Assembly (NCBI GenBank): GCA_951406725.2
Contig: OX597816.1
Span: 91,822,001 to 91,886,000 of the forward strand
Length of the DNA stretch: 64,000 bases
From: Octopus vulgaris
Lineage: Eukaryota
Direction: 5' to 3'
Made by a program: the position numbers and the translations under genes. Within the stretch, counting starts at the first letter, position 1, and every line of letters starts with the position of its first letter. Shown here in pieces: positions 25,101 to 40,100 of this stretch. The notes under the pieces are model-generated. The model had not been told where the DNA came from. It searched no databases and worked only from the letters and a program-made list of their open reading frames with translations.

Positions 25101-28100
25101 CTTCAAAAAACATTTTAAGAAAATGTTTCTAGAACAATTCACAGAATCTCAAAAATTCTCAAAGAATTTCAAAATATATTTGTAAGTTTCAGAGTTATGA
25201 AATTTTAAAAGCTTCAAAAGCTTATAAATTACTATCTATTGTCCATCTGAAAATATCTGTCAATCTTTTAATACAATAAAGTCTGATCCATTGGTGTGGA
25301 TTATTCTATTCTCCAGTACAGAATCATGTTTATTTAATCTTTTTATTTCTTATCTTGGGCAAAAATCACTCAAGGATTTTTCTTTTCTAATACTTAAATG
25401 CAAAACTATGAAGATGAACCATTGTGTTATCTTATTTTCTTGTCTACTGTTGGAAACCGATTCGCTCATCTACAACTTCAATTTTTGTAAATATTGACCA
25501 GTAGTGAGTCAGTCCTGTTGATGTTGTTGGTACATAAAATGTTTTGTGCTATACTCAATTACCAACTATTTGTTATGCATTCTAGCATTGTCACAGCATT
25601 TGTATTTATCTGATATTCAACAGAAACTCACTTAAAAGTAGAAAGAAGTAAAATACTTGTAAAATGTTTAAATAAAAAAAAAAAAGAATACTTTTTATTT
25701 ATTTGATCATTACATGTCTACAGTACTAGTAGATGTCAAAAACTAAATTTTATTTCTGCTGTAAGTGGGCTTTGTACCAAATTTTTTTTACTGGTGGGTA
25801 CAAATGTTTGATGTCCTTTTCTTCATCAATATGAAGATGTGAAAGTATTTACCAGAAGTTTTAAATGGGTAAAAAATGTTACAGCTATTGTATTGCCTAT
25901 GTTTCTTTTGTAGTCATTATTACTTCCGGATGCTTGGTACCCTTTGACCAGTGTTTTCCCCCCTGAAAAGTTGAAATGTGGACAGTTAAGTAGCCTCCAG
26001 CTTGAAGGGATACTCTATGCTGTAAGTAAACAAATTATTGTCTCCTTAATAATCAGTCATTACACCACATTTCCCTGTTCATTTGTCATGACTATTGAGT
26101 TTACTTTTAGAAGAATGAGAACTTCATTGAATGATTGCAACTTAGATGTTTGTACATTGTGTGTGTGTGTGTGTGTGTATGTGTGTGAATTTATGGAATA
26201 CTCTGCTATTTCACCACCTTTTATGAGAATGATTTATTTCTTTTTACTGCTACTGTTTCATTTCTTTTGTGATCTCCTATGTGTGCACCAAGTAAAGAAA
26301 CAATTGTTATTAGCACAGTAAAATTGCTGAAAATCAGGTGTTTGGATTTGCATATGCTACATTTCTAGTAAAAACATCTGTCATTTTCCTCTGTGTATTC
26401 TTTGTTAAGCCATCTGAAGTAAAAGCAGTTCATTATCTGCTGTTAATATGGAGTAAAGTAAATAATTGTCATTCATCTCGGCTGAAGTAATAATTTCTTT
26501 TGAATTCTCATTTTTCTCATCCATGCATTATTTATAGTTACAGTTTTCGACGACAATGTTATTTGCTTTTTCAGTGCCAGAAGCATCAAACAGTGCTACC
26601 TAATGGGCATCGGGCTGGGTTTTTTATTGGTGATGGAGCTGGAGTTGGCAAAGGAAGACAGGTGAGTAGAATTGCTTGACATTTCTTGTTTTAAAACAAT
26701 TACCCATCAGTTTCAAGTTATATATTTACTGTATTTATTTGCTTTTTACTTTTATTGTTTCTACCTGTCTTATTGCATTAGGATGTAACTTCTTGTGATA
26801 TGTAAATCATCATCATCATCGTTTAATGTCCGTTTTCCATGCTGGCATAGGTTGGATGGTTTGATTGAGGTCTGGAGAGCCAGCGGCTGCACCAGACTCC
26901 GATCTGATCTGGCAATGCTTCTACAGCTGGATGCCCTTCCTAATGCTAACCACTCCGAGAGTGTGTGGGTGCTTTTTATGTGCCACTGGCACAGGAGCCA
27001 GTCAGGTGGACCTGGCATCGATCATGTTCGGTTAGTGCTTTTTTACGTGCCATCGGCACAGGGGCCAGTCAGTGGGTACTGGCATTGGCCACATTCAGAT
27101 GGTGCTTTTTATGTGTCACCACCACATGGTTTTACTATTCTAATTCATATAGTATGAATATATTTCTGTACTATTCTGATAATGGTAGCTGTGGCACTTA
27201 GACTTGTTATGCAGTGGAAAGTTGATTTTTAACTAAAATGACATGCCAGCCATTTAAATCACACACACACACCATTATATTCACTTTTGCTTTTTTATAT
27301 TAATATTATTAAGTCCCAAAATACATCTGGCATCTGTCAACTAGTCACTGACAGTTGTTGGTCAGTTCTTAAGGGCTGTAAGGATGATTTTTTTTGTTGC
27401 TTTTTAAAAATTTAATTTTTAATACTTTTCAATTCCCTGACCCTTGAATTAATTATGCATGGCCTCATTGCTTCAAGACTTTGTTGATGTGATCATTTAT
27501 TTCTGGAATGGTATTGTTGGATGGGTGTGAGAGGTCATAAAACAGGTAGAATATTTGGTTGAGAATATGGTCAGTTTAATTGCTAAAGGTTTAAGTGATA
27601 TTTAAAATAAATTGAATGTGTTTGCAAAAGGAAATCACTGATATTTCCGTTCATAATGGGTGAAACTCTGTTAACCAATTTAGCCATGCCATTGAATGTA
27701 CTTAGCACTTAATTGGGTTCTTATCGAGTTTTCTCATATGTTCATGTCATTTAATGACTAGTGCCTCTTTTTCAATAAAATATGAATTGAACTACAATTC
27801 ATTGCCAGAGAAATATCTTCCCAAAGCATAGAATTTTACCATTCATAATTAAGATATTAAGTTTTTAATCACTTTATATTTTTTGATATTTTTTTTACTA
27901 GTTTTCAAGAAGTTTGGCTAATTTTCTATATTTTTATTTCAGGTATCTGGTATTATACTTGACAACTACTGCCGGGGCCGTCTGCGACATATTTGGTTCA
28001 GTATCTCTGCAGATCTTGTTGTTGATGCCAGAAGGTAGAACTTGTTTTCCAAGAATATTTTTGTGTATTACTGTTTTATTATGTGATAGAAGTGACAGAA

Positions 28101-31100
28101 GAATCACTAGATTCTTTGATCAGTTTCCTTTTTATCATAATTGTAAATCATAAGTTGGTGGAATGGGTTAAATTGTTGAGTTCTAGGCTGAGTGCTCTTA
28201 GTTTAGTAGTGAGAGTGGAGAAAGAGACATTGCATTCCTGTGTATTTCATAAAAGGTGGGTGGGAGCAGTGAGCTTCCTGGGGCTAAATAGACCAATTTT
28301 GATTAAACAACTGGCAAAAAACAAAGAGAGAATACTTAAGTCTTTGATGCGTCAGAGTGATTCAGTGTTTTGTGTGGGTTAACCTGAATTGCCCTAAGTT
28401 ATTGTTCCTCCTACTGGGAACCTTGTTGACATTTTCTTTATTATTTGTTCTTGTTGATTTTGCCCATTTTTACTTGATGTTAAACCCTTCATCTTTGTAT
28501 TGTTCCCAAAGTCTTTGGCACGTGTGGTCAATAAAAGAAATTCTTTATTGCTTGGATCTCTAGAGCAGAGGGGACAATGCTCTAGTATTTAGTGCCTTTA
28601 TGTTCTGATTTTAAATTCTGCTGTAGTTGGCTTTGCTTTTTGTGTTTCCAAACTATTAAAATAAATTATCAGTCAAATATATGGTTTAGTCTGTTTAGGT
28701 GTAAATATTATCTGACCCCCCCACTTCCTCAATATTTTTGGATCTATCCTATGATAGAAACCATCATCATTTTTTTCTTTTTCAATTTTATTTTACTATT
28801 GCAGTGCTCCATCATGGTCACAGCCAAATGGTTGAACCAGTTAAAGAGTATTAAAGGCTTAATGTTTGTCAACAAATAAGGAATACTAGTTGTGAAAATA
28901 AATTGTTAGTCTTGTTACACTCTTACTGGATTTATTAAAGTCTTTGTGTTATACTCCTGGATAAGTTATAATACTTTCCTGGTTTTGGTTTGTCTGGATA
29001 AAGAAAATATTCCACACTTACTTCATTTGAATGGTTTGCAATAATAAAACTAAGTCAAAAACTATTGCTCTTACATTCCTTTTAGAGAACTCTGTGCAAA
29101 GTAGATATTAATCATTAGTTACTAGAATGTCTAATCTAATATGTATTAGTTGGAGGGACACTATTCTGACTATTACATAGTATAAAAATTCCTCATCAGA
29201 GAAATACAGAATTGACTAACCAAATGTTAGATATTTAAACAAACCTGCTTAACTTACACCAATATGGAAATTAGTATGTAATTCACTAATTGATATTTTT
29301 TATTTAGTAAGAATTTTAGCATGTACTGAATTTATATTTTTTTCCAGAGATTTGCGGGACATAGGCTGCCATATTAAAGTGATAGATGGTTGCAATGAAC
29401 TTGACAGAAATACTCGGTAAATAAAAACCTATTTATATTTTTATTGTTTTATAATTAGCTTCACTTGATGCAGAAACCTCATATTTCTTTATTCTTTACT
29501 GTTTTCAGTTGTTTGTAAGGGTGGATTATGAGGAAATTGATTTGTTTTGTAAATAGTTGGAATTTATGACTAATTAGGTATAAATATTATTAGCAGTGTC
29601 TCATAATAAGATAATAGAGACACATCAGAAGGCTTCATATAAGGATTCAAAATTATGGTTATATGTTAAATCAGTATTGCAGCTAATGAAATACTTGTTA
29701 ATTGTTCAATGCATTTGTTACTTATATATCTGTGAGCCATATTTTCTCATTTTCTGTCTTTGTATTTGTGAAAGAAGAAGTAATGCTCACAATCTTTCCT
29801 TGGTCTCCCACACTATGAAGGTAAATCACCTGATATTCAGCTTGAAGTTGGGGATGATGTGTTTGATGCTATGCTCAAAAGGCTGATTTTCTTGTTTGAA
29901 TGGAGACACAACACTTGAGCTATCCGTCCTTTTATCTACTAAGCTGACTGCAACTGTCTTAATATAGATGCTAATAAGTGTGATGGTATGGTAATACTAC
30001 TTGAAATAACAGTATAATTTTTATTGTTCGTTTCTTGCAGTCACTCTTATTGGGCATTATCATTGACAATTATTAATATCTCAAATATTACTAAATTTTG
30101 TAATTTGCAATCGTACTTGTCTGAATCAATTAGTAGAGAAGATAACTCATGTTCTAGTGAACAAGAAGTCAATATTTTTATGTTACAAATAATAAAAAAA
30201 AAATGAAAATACTGCAGTGAGTTTTTAGTTAACGTAACATAATGTTCAGAAGGGTTTGTGTTGTTTTGCATCAAATTTTCTTTAATTAGGAAATATTGTT
30301 TGAACACTATTATGTACAACGGGAAGCACCTTCCATGATCAACTTTTATTTTCTTAATTTAAAAGTTGCTACAATGCTCTAATCTTAAATCTGTAAAGCT
30401 TTACTGTTTTGCATTTGTTTTGCAGAGTATTTGGACTGTCACCAGATTTTAAGGAAGGTGTTGTATTTAGTACATACGCAACACTTGTCTCTTCTGTTCA
30501 GAGAGGTGGTAAGTAATTTTAATGTATTAATGTTTCAAAATACATGACTAGCAGTTTTTAGATTTGATGCATCATATTCCTACTTGTTAGAAGCAACTAA
30601 AAGAGTTGAGGTTAGAGAAAGGAATTGACTGTAAAGCACTTCCTTTCAAAGCCCTGTCTAACACATACAAGCATGGAAAAACAGATATAAAAGAGATGGT
30701 GAAGATATAAAATAAGTAGAAGTGTTTTGTCCAGAGAAATCAGTTGATTTATTTTTCATTCTGTATTCTCTGAACACTAACAAAGAAATTTAATATAGTT
30801 TGATGGAATGGTTGAGAAAGCAGTTTATATATCAGGAATATTGGTTCTTGTACAAAAAACGTCTTTTAGCATGGTCATATAAAATGTATGTCAGATGAAA
30901 TTTTGCTTGGAATTTGTAGGACAAAAGCAAGGTGAAGGAAAGTTAGGATAAAGTAGCTTGATGAAATCACAGAATATTAGGTTTTGGTAACTATTAGTTT
31001 TGTAGTTTCATTCATTGGAGTACAGCTATGCTGGGGTTCCATCTTCAAGGGGGATTGCCAGTTGCATTGATCCCATTATTTGTTTCAGTCTGGTCCTTAT

Positions 31101-34100
31101 TTTATTGATTTCGCTTTATTGACCAATGGTAGACAATGTATAGATAAACTTTCACATACAGATGATTGTCTTTTGCACAGTTTCGGCCTTTCAAATTCCA
31201 CCCACAAAGATATTGGTCAACCCAAAGCTATAGAACAGCCCAAAGTGTTTTGCAGTGAAATTGAAGTTACAGACATCTTGCAAAGCATACAGTCATGTTC
31301 ACACCTAATTTATGTGAGCATGGAAAATTTCATAAAATGCTTCTTCTTATGGTGATAATTTCTGTGGCCTTGATCTTGTGATATAATCTCTTGTACAGGG
31401 AATTAAATCATAGTAGAAGTTGGATTATAATTTTAAATGAGGCCACAAGAGAAATTTGTAGATAGAAGTTACCACACTTCATTATATAATTTCCTGCTTT
31501 CAGTCATCATTCCTGTGTAATGTGAAACTTGTTTCATTAGAGGCAATTGCAAATAAAACAGTTTTTCACTTCTTAACATCTGCAATAAATTGTTTATGAA
31601 TTCATTTATAATTTTTAGTTTGGAGATAAAATTAACTGTGTTGCATTAATATAATATTTTTGTTGTCTCTGCTTTTTATCAAGTCTTTAATGGTATTGAT
31701 GTGCTTGTTATACATAGTAGTATTTCGTTGCATACATTTTAAAATAGCACTACTGATAACTTCATCTTCAGCAATTCAAGGGAGGATACACTCGAAAGAT
31801 TTTTTTATTGTCTTCTCCTGGTTTAGGAGATGATTTGAGTTTAGTATTGCTGATTAATAAAATACCAGTTATCCAGTGCTCCAATGCATATAGCAGTCAA
31901 TTATACCTCAGCCATAGACAGCCAGGTGGACTTTACCTTTGAGATATATATTATTGCCAAAGATACTGTGATACTCTGTTTATCTGATACAAATAACTAG
32001 ACTATTCTTCAGTTTGTGGCCAATACCTTATCAGTTCAGTCAAATATAACTCAGAAAGAGGTTTAATTAAATAATTCTTATTTTTATTGCAGCCCTTCGT
32101 GGTGGTAGACAAAGTCGATTGCAGCAACTAATAAATTGGTGTGGAGGAAAAGATTTTGATGGTTGCCTCATCTTTGATGAATGCCATAAAGCGAAGAATT
32201 TTGTTCCTGTAGGTATTTCATATTAAACAAAAGAGGAATATTTTTAAAGAAAGAGTGATATTGTCATTCTATGTTTTATTTTGTCCATTGAAGGTTTTGA
32301 TTCTTTTGTCATTATGTTTATTGTTGTGTTTTTCTTGTGAATTCTTTATAAATATATAGATTTGCTAGAATTTTATTTCATATTGGATTTAAGAGACATA
32401 TCTACATTTCCAAAACAAGATTTTCTAATTTAGTTTATTTAGAACTAGTAATCACTTAGTAAAATGTAAACTATTAGGAACATCTGATTTATTCTAAATA
32501 GTTCAATTGTCATTGAGAATTGAGTTTAAAATTTATTAATAGGTGTAAGACCAGTGAGAACAATCAAAATCAAATCATATATCAGAAAGCAGGGGTTAAG
32601 TGACCCATCTGTTCGTGTCCGCTGTCAGCCTCGTCTGGCACCCGTGCCGGTGATACGTTAAAGCACCATTCGCTCATGGCCGTTTGCCAGCTCTGCCTGG
32701 CCCCGTGTCGGTGGCACGTAAAAGCACCATCCGTTCGTGTTCGTTGCCAGCCTCGACTGGCCCCGTGCCGGTGACACGTAAAAGCACCGTCCGTTCGTGG
32801 CTGTTGGCCAGCTCTGTCTGGCCCCGTGTCGGTGGCACGTAAAAGCACCATCCGTTCGTGGCCGTTTGCCAGCTCTGTCTGGCCCCGTGTCGGTGGCACG
32901 TAAAAGCACCATCCGTCCGTGTCCGTTGCCAGCCTCGGCTGGCCCCCGTGCCGGTGACACGTAAAAGCACCGTCCGCTCGTGGCCGTTTGCCAGCTCTGT
33001 CTGGCAACCGTGTCGGTGGCACGTAAAAGCACCATCCGTTCGCGTCCGTTGCCAGCCTCGGCTGGCCCCCGTGCCGGTGACACGTAAAAGCACCATCCGT
33101 TCGTGGCCGTCTGCCAGCTCTGTCTGGCCCCGTGTCGGTGGCACGTAAAAGCACCATCCGTCCGTGTTCGTTGCCAGCCTCGGCTGGCCCCCGTGCCGGT
33201 GACACGTAAAAGCACCGTCCGCTCGTGGCCGTTTGCCAGCTCTGTCTGGCAACCGTGTCGGTGGCACGTAAAAGCACCATCCGTTCGCGTCCGTTGCCAG
33301 CCTCGGCTGGCCCCCGTGCCGGTGACACGTAAAAGCACCGTCCGTTCGTGGCCGGTTGCCAGCATCGCCTGGCCCCGTGCCGGTGACATGTAAAAGCACC
33401 ATCCGTTCATGGCCGTTCGCCAGCTCTGTCTGGCACCTGTGCAGGTGGCACGTAAAAAACACCCACTACACTCGCGGAGTGGTTGGCGTTAGGAAGGGCA
33501 TCCAGCCGTAGAAACACTGCCAGATCTGACTGGGCCTGACGAAGCCTTCCAGCTTCACAGACCCCAGTTGACCCGTCCAACCCATGCTAGCATAGAAAAC
33601 GGACGCTAAACGATGATGATGATGTATCTATTAAATTCATTGAAAAATTATTTATTTTGAATCTAAGGCAAACGTAGCCATACAATTATACAAGGACATA
33701 TATCTATTAAATATTCAAGTTTTCTTTTGGTTATGAACTCAGTTCTTTTAAGATTTGCTTGAAAAGAGAGATACAAATCATTGATTTTCATTTGAGATTT
33801 GTTTAGGATTTTAATCTTGATTTAATATTGTAATATATATATTATGTTGAGAAATAACCATAATATCTTTGAGAATATTTCTTCTCACTTTGGTTTCTTG
33901 GTGAGTGAATCATTCAAAGAAATAGGTATTTAAAAGAATATTATTGAAGTTACAGTCTGAAATTGTATGAAGTAATCTTATTCTTGAGTTATTAATTTAC
34001 ATTTAATATCCACTGATTAAGTCAGATATCTGTACATTCATGACTACTTGTTAAGTTCAGTCTAATATTACTAAATTCCTTTGAAGATTGTATTTAGTTG

Positions 34101-37100
34101 TTTCTAACTGTACTCAGTAAAGTCATGACTACACAGAATGTGACTACAGTGAATATTAAACCTGAATTCATGTCATAAGGTTAATCTTAGTCTTACATTC
34201 TGATCTTTGGAATTTATTCATATATATAAATATCAATGCATTTAGATGCTGAAGTGAAATACAACAGATCAATCTAACATTTACTGTGGTTAAGAGAGGG
34301 AGCAAGTAATCTTTGACAACTTGGATTCTACTATTAGGGGTCATTCTATCTGCTGCTCTTAGATGGTTGTTTCAAATTCTGGTGACTCTATGTGAGTATC
34401 AGAAGGTAGAGTATACTTTCAGAAGATGCAGCAGAAGTCAATTCTGAGAATTGAATTCAAATTCTATTTACACTTTTGTTTTTTCTAAATTTTTATATGA
34501 ATTCTGTTTATCCTTAAGATGTAGATTGAAATTTTACTTAATTTCCGTTTGAAATTTGTTTCTATTCTAGGGCCGTGAGCATGCCAGTACTAAAGTTGCT
34601 AACGCTGTTATGACTATTCAAAGGTAAATTAACATTTAATTGAAAATTAAAACCATGTTGTATTTATTCATGTATAATGCTCTGACAAAATTTGGGGCAG
34701 TGAAATCTCAGGGTGGAGGGCACTTTTATCATGCATATTGATTTTTTGGTACTTTGTGTGTGTGTGTGTGTGTGTGTGCATGTGCAGGAGAACCCTGTTT
34801 TCACATATGGCTCGTTCTCAATTTGATTATGAAGCTTGGTGCTAACTTGCAACTCTTTAGCACCATTTTGGTTTCTGGGATAATATATTGGACCTTGTGT
34901 TTATTTCTTTCTTAAATCCCTTAACTTGATACTAAATGCTAATCATAGTATTTTCTATCCTGTAAATCTATAACCTACAAAATTAAATCAATTTGTCAGA
35001 CAAGTAATTGAACTTTTCAATTTGTATCTAAGACAGTTTGTAGACAGTTTCTCTCTAATAAATTTAGTTTCAGGAAAATCTTTGATGTTATGAAAAAAAT
35101 TTCTCTTGCATATTATGAATGAATTAATATTTTGATTATTTCAGACTTCTTCCTAAAGCAAGAGTCATCTATTGTTCAGCTACTGGAGTGTCAGATGTGA
35201 AAAATATGGTAAGATATTTTACTTTTTATATATTTCATACATGAAATAGAATGAACAAATACTTCATTCTGGATTATGTTGATTTCCTCATTAAATTGAT
35301 AACTTTATGATACTAAAAATATTTGTAAAAAAACTGTCTATCCTAATTAAAACTAATAGAAACATGGTTTGTTAATCTGATGTTATAACTGTTGGCCAGT
35401 CATCATTGCCATCATTTTGCATTTACTTTCCATGAGTTGGATAGATTATTATGGTCTGTATTAGTTATTATTTAGTGTTACTGCCCTCTTAATGGTTGTA
35501 TTATGCTGTTCTTATTGTTATAGAGTGTTGTGTCACATAGTTTTTATGAATTACATTGCATTTTGCATTGACGTTCTGTTCAAAACAACTTAATATTTTA
35601 CCTGATTGGGATAAATCAAGGGTTTTCCATTGAGGTCCATATAAGATTTTGGGGGGTCCAAGCAACAAAATAATAAATTTTAAGGGTCCCTGAAAAATTT
35701 TTACTTTAGTTGTATGTATTGGTATGTATTGCAAGAAACAGCTCACTTTCTTTCCCTAACATTTTACACAGTTCAACCCACACAAATTGATGTGTGATAA
35801 ACAAAATATCAGTTTTGAAAGATGTTTCTATAAAACTAGTTTTTAAACATTGAAAAGTGATGGGGATCCATCAGAATAAAATAGTTAAAAAAGGGGTCCA
35901 TAGATAATAAATAGTTGAGAACCCCTGGGGTAAATCAACTTGATCTGTACCCTGCTTATTTACTGATCAGACAATCTGCTGTAAAACTCAGCCTTCCTTT
36001 CAGTGAACTACATAATCTGAAAACATATCTGTTATTCAAACACCATCTTTGTTGCTTTTTTCCGTGTTTTAATTTCAATTTACATCCTTATATCAACTTG
36101 TGTACACACATATGTCATGGAATATACATTTTATCTTTTTTTCTCTTTTATTTTAGGCTTTCATGGAGAGACTTGGGCTTTGGGGAGATGGTGCACCTTT
36201 TCCATCTTTTGAAAACTTTTTGGATTGTATGTCTCGAAAAGGACTAGGTAAATTATATATTTATATTTGTTTCCAGTGATATAAAGCAGATTTGATTCTT
36301 AAGGAAAATATTTCACCAGTTTGTTATACTTTAGGTTGAATTTTTGTTTCAATACGCTGTTGGGCCTCAAAGGCACAATGACTGAGATCTTTGGTATTAT
36401 GTCATACTTAAGAAGAAGACCCATCAAGCTGAACAAAAATGCAGTCGTGGAAGATGCCTGTTTACATGCAAATGGCATCTGTACTGGTGGCATGTAAAAG
36501 CACCCATTACATTCTCAGAGTGGTTAGTGTTAGGAAGAGCATCCAGCCATAGAAAACCATGCCAAATCAGACTGGAGTGTGGTTCAGCCTTCCAGCTTAC
36601 CAACCCTGGCCAAACTATCCAACCCATGCCAGCATGGACAACAGACGTTAAATGATGATGATGCTGAAAGTTTACAATTATATGATTTTTTTTATAGAAG
36701 GGGGATAGTAAAAATCAAAAATCAAATATGTAAGATGTAAACTTTTAGTTAGTAGATAGATGATAATTAAAGAACAGGAATGCTAATTATTCCATTTGTA
36801 ACGGATGTTGAAGTTAAGTAGAGTTAGATTAAATTGAAAGATAAACTATCATTAAACAATGTTTTTAATACAAATATGTTTTGGAAACATGGTTGTAGAT
36901 TATCATTGTAAAAGGGAATGTATAATGTAAAATATTGTGATTATTACTAAGTTGAATGTTCAGTAATTTTTTGAAAAAGAAGCTTAATATAATGTGGGAA
37001 ACCAAATTTTGAGTTGGTCAGTACAGATTTCATCAGTTTTGAAAATCTGTTTGATATAGCTGGAAATATGATGGAAATAAGTTTTTTTCTGTTGAGCTTT

Positions 37101-40100
37101 CAAAGAATAACTATCAATTTTGTTTGCAAAGTAGTGCAATGTGAGCATTAAAATTATTTGATCTTTTGTTTCAAGTTGCCATCCTTGAATGATCAACCCT
37201 TTTGATTTTAGAGAGATAATAACAGATTAAAATAGCGAAATAGTTACAATCAGGTCTCAATCGAGTTGCAGATTTGATATTGTGGGAGTTCTCCACCTCC
37301 ATGACATGGCATTTGCTACAACATAAAACAAATTGTGAAAATAGAAGACATCCAGGGAATAGAAGAAACTCTTGTGTGAAGTGATTCTATTATTACTATT
37401 AAACTCTAATTTAGCCATGATACAACAAATTTGTAATCAATGCCGTCAAGCCAAGTGAAATCGTAGTCCTGACCAATGTTGGTTTCATATAACTGGCACC
37501 TGTGCTGGTAGCATGTAAAAAGCACCCTTTGAGCATTGGGCCTCATGGAAGCAAGGTGGCTGATACTGGTGGTATGTGAAAAGCACTTTTTGAGTGTTGG
37601 GGTTCATGGAGGCAATGACAGATGACTGAGACTTTTGGCATTATGCTGTTCTTGAGAAGACCCATCAAGCCAAGTAAAATTGTAGTCATGGCAGATACTG
37701 ATGTCATGTAAATGGTGCCGGTGGTGGCATGTAAAAGCACCCATTACATTCTTGGAGTGGTTGGTGTTAGGAGGGGCATCCAACTGTAGAAACCATGCCA
37801 AATCAGACTAGAGTCTGGTATAGCCTTCCTGCTTCTCAGCCCTGGTCAAACCGTCCAACTCATGCCAGCATGGACAATGGACGTTAAATGATGATGACAA
37901 TTTTCATTTATGACATAAAACTATATTATAAAATGTTTCCTTTTTCTTAAGACACTAGGATATGATTTGAAGGAGATTTGGGTGCTATTTCTAACAAGAG
38001 GCTTATTTTATTGAAATATATTACAAGCAGGTGAAAATGCTGCTGCAACCTTGTTTGAAAATTAGGCATTGATGATCTTCCTTAACTCTTATTCTAATCA
38101 TAAGTAATAAGTCATACACTATTTGTACATTAAATGCTTTAAAAAAGAAAATAATCAAATCAGTTCAGATGTTCAATTTTTTTTTTTTTTTGGTTACAGG
38201 TGCAGCTGAAATGCTTGCCATGGAAATGAAATCGTCAGGGATGTATGTTTCTAGAGGCCTCAGTTTTAAACAAGCAGAGGTAAATCACATTGTATTTAGA
38301 TATTTATTTACTCTTGTTTTCATTTATTATATTTTTAATGTCTATTTATATTTACTCTTTATCCAATCTTTGAGTGTATTGTCCCTTAGAAAGTTGGTGG
38401 TATTAAGTAAATTAGACAAGATTAGGATAATAGTGAACTAATTTCATGATATGTTTAAAAACCTCAAAGCCTTGAACCGTTTGATTTGTAACAGAAGGTT
38501 CATGAATTCATTTGGAAGTTCAGGATGTTCTGTGTATGTTGAAAATATGGTATTACATAGATGATCTGTAAACATACTGATCAAAATTACTATCACTTAT
38601 ACTCTTTACACTCCTCTCTCCATTACATTGTACTGTGCCACATTCAGATGGAAATGGTATTAGCTCTGTTGACCCTCTCATCTCTGTCACTCACCCCTAC
38701 CTTCAATTACTCTCTATTTGTTGCATCTTCTCACCCAAATAGCAAGGATGATTATTGGACTTGTGCAAACTTCTATACTCATTCTCTCTCTTTCACCAAG
38801 TTGCCTGTAGATGAGAGTTAGCAGTGGATCTGTTCAAATTTGATATACCCACCATTATCCTCTCTATGCTGCCAGCCTACCTTGTCATAGTTGTTTCATG
38901 CCATTGTCCTCTATTACCAACCATCATATGGTCTCCACTCTGTGAAGTTATTACTTTTTCTCTTCCATTATTCTCCCCTACTAGTATTTCATTACTCATC
39001 TCTCTACCATTTTCACACCTTGGTCATTGTTTTCTCTCATACTACCCACCCTCATCCTTAATCATTCTCTTTTCCTTTCACTCCATCTTGAATGAATGGA
39101 GTCTCTGTAGGGTCAAGAGAACCTTATAATCTTGGTGAGGGCATAAAATCTCTGGGGTTGGTGCAATGATGAAATGCACCCAGTACACAGTAAAGTTGTT
39201 GCTAACAGGATGGGCATCCATCCATAGAAAATATGTTGAAAATTGGAATTTTCAACAAGCAAGATATGACCCTTTCCTCTTCCTGACTTCCACATAAGAA
39301 CCAGCTTGAATTATGATAACTTGTGCAATCCATGCCAGCATAGAAAATGCATATAAAATGATGATGATATCAGTGTAAAGAAAATAGCAACATATCTGTT
39401 AGATATAGAACTGTATATCTGTTTCTGATAAGTTTTTTTTTCTGTTTAGGTGAAATAGTAAAATGAATGTTTTTGATAGCTTTTTAAATATTAACTACAT
39501 TGTAGTTTATTGGTTTCCAAAAGATGAAGTTTTCACTACCACTCTCTCACATTCTCAGTCATTTCTCTCTCTGTCTCTCAGACATACACACACACACACA
39601 CTGGATAGGACTATACTTTGATTTTAACTACTTGCAAATATTTTGATATTTCTTTTGTTTTCTTTTACAGTTTATAACTGTAGAGGCTGAACTTACTACA
39701 GAACAAATGAAAACCTATGACATTGCAGCATATATATGGTATATCATTCTTCATATTTCTGCTTCTTAACAAATATTGATAAATAAATTTTGAGCTGTTA
39801 ACTTCATCGTTTATGAAAAAAAACAAATGATGAAATAGATTATAGTATATATTTCATGCTCCCTATATTCCTGCTGAGGTCAACTTAGTCTTTAACTTTT
39901 TAACATTCAAATTATTCTGTCAAATGTAATGCTTATTTATTCACATTGATTTCAATTAATCATTCATTAACTTTGAGATTTCTATGATGTGCTTGTTTAT
40001 TTTTGGTATGACATCACAGGGTAGGTGTGAGAGGCCAAATATGGCCAGTTTGAACATAAAACAAATAGAAAAGTTTGGGCCCAATATGGCCAGTTTGAGC

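Noticed and set aside
32598-33452. CRISPR-like regular array
   Set aside because: The whole unit repeats and there are no unique spacers or cas genes. It is continuous with a SINE body in a eukaryotic intron.
32582-33462. Five long ORFs (96-262 aa) on both strands
   Set aside because: Artefacts of a GC-rich stop-poor tandem repeat; the peptides merely cycle through frames.
33536-33570. CTGACGA as a hammerhead core
   Set aside because: No stem II followed by GAAA; other SINE copies lack the motif.
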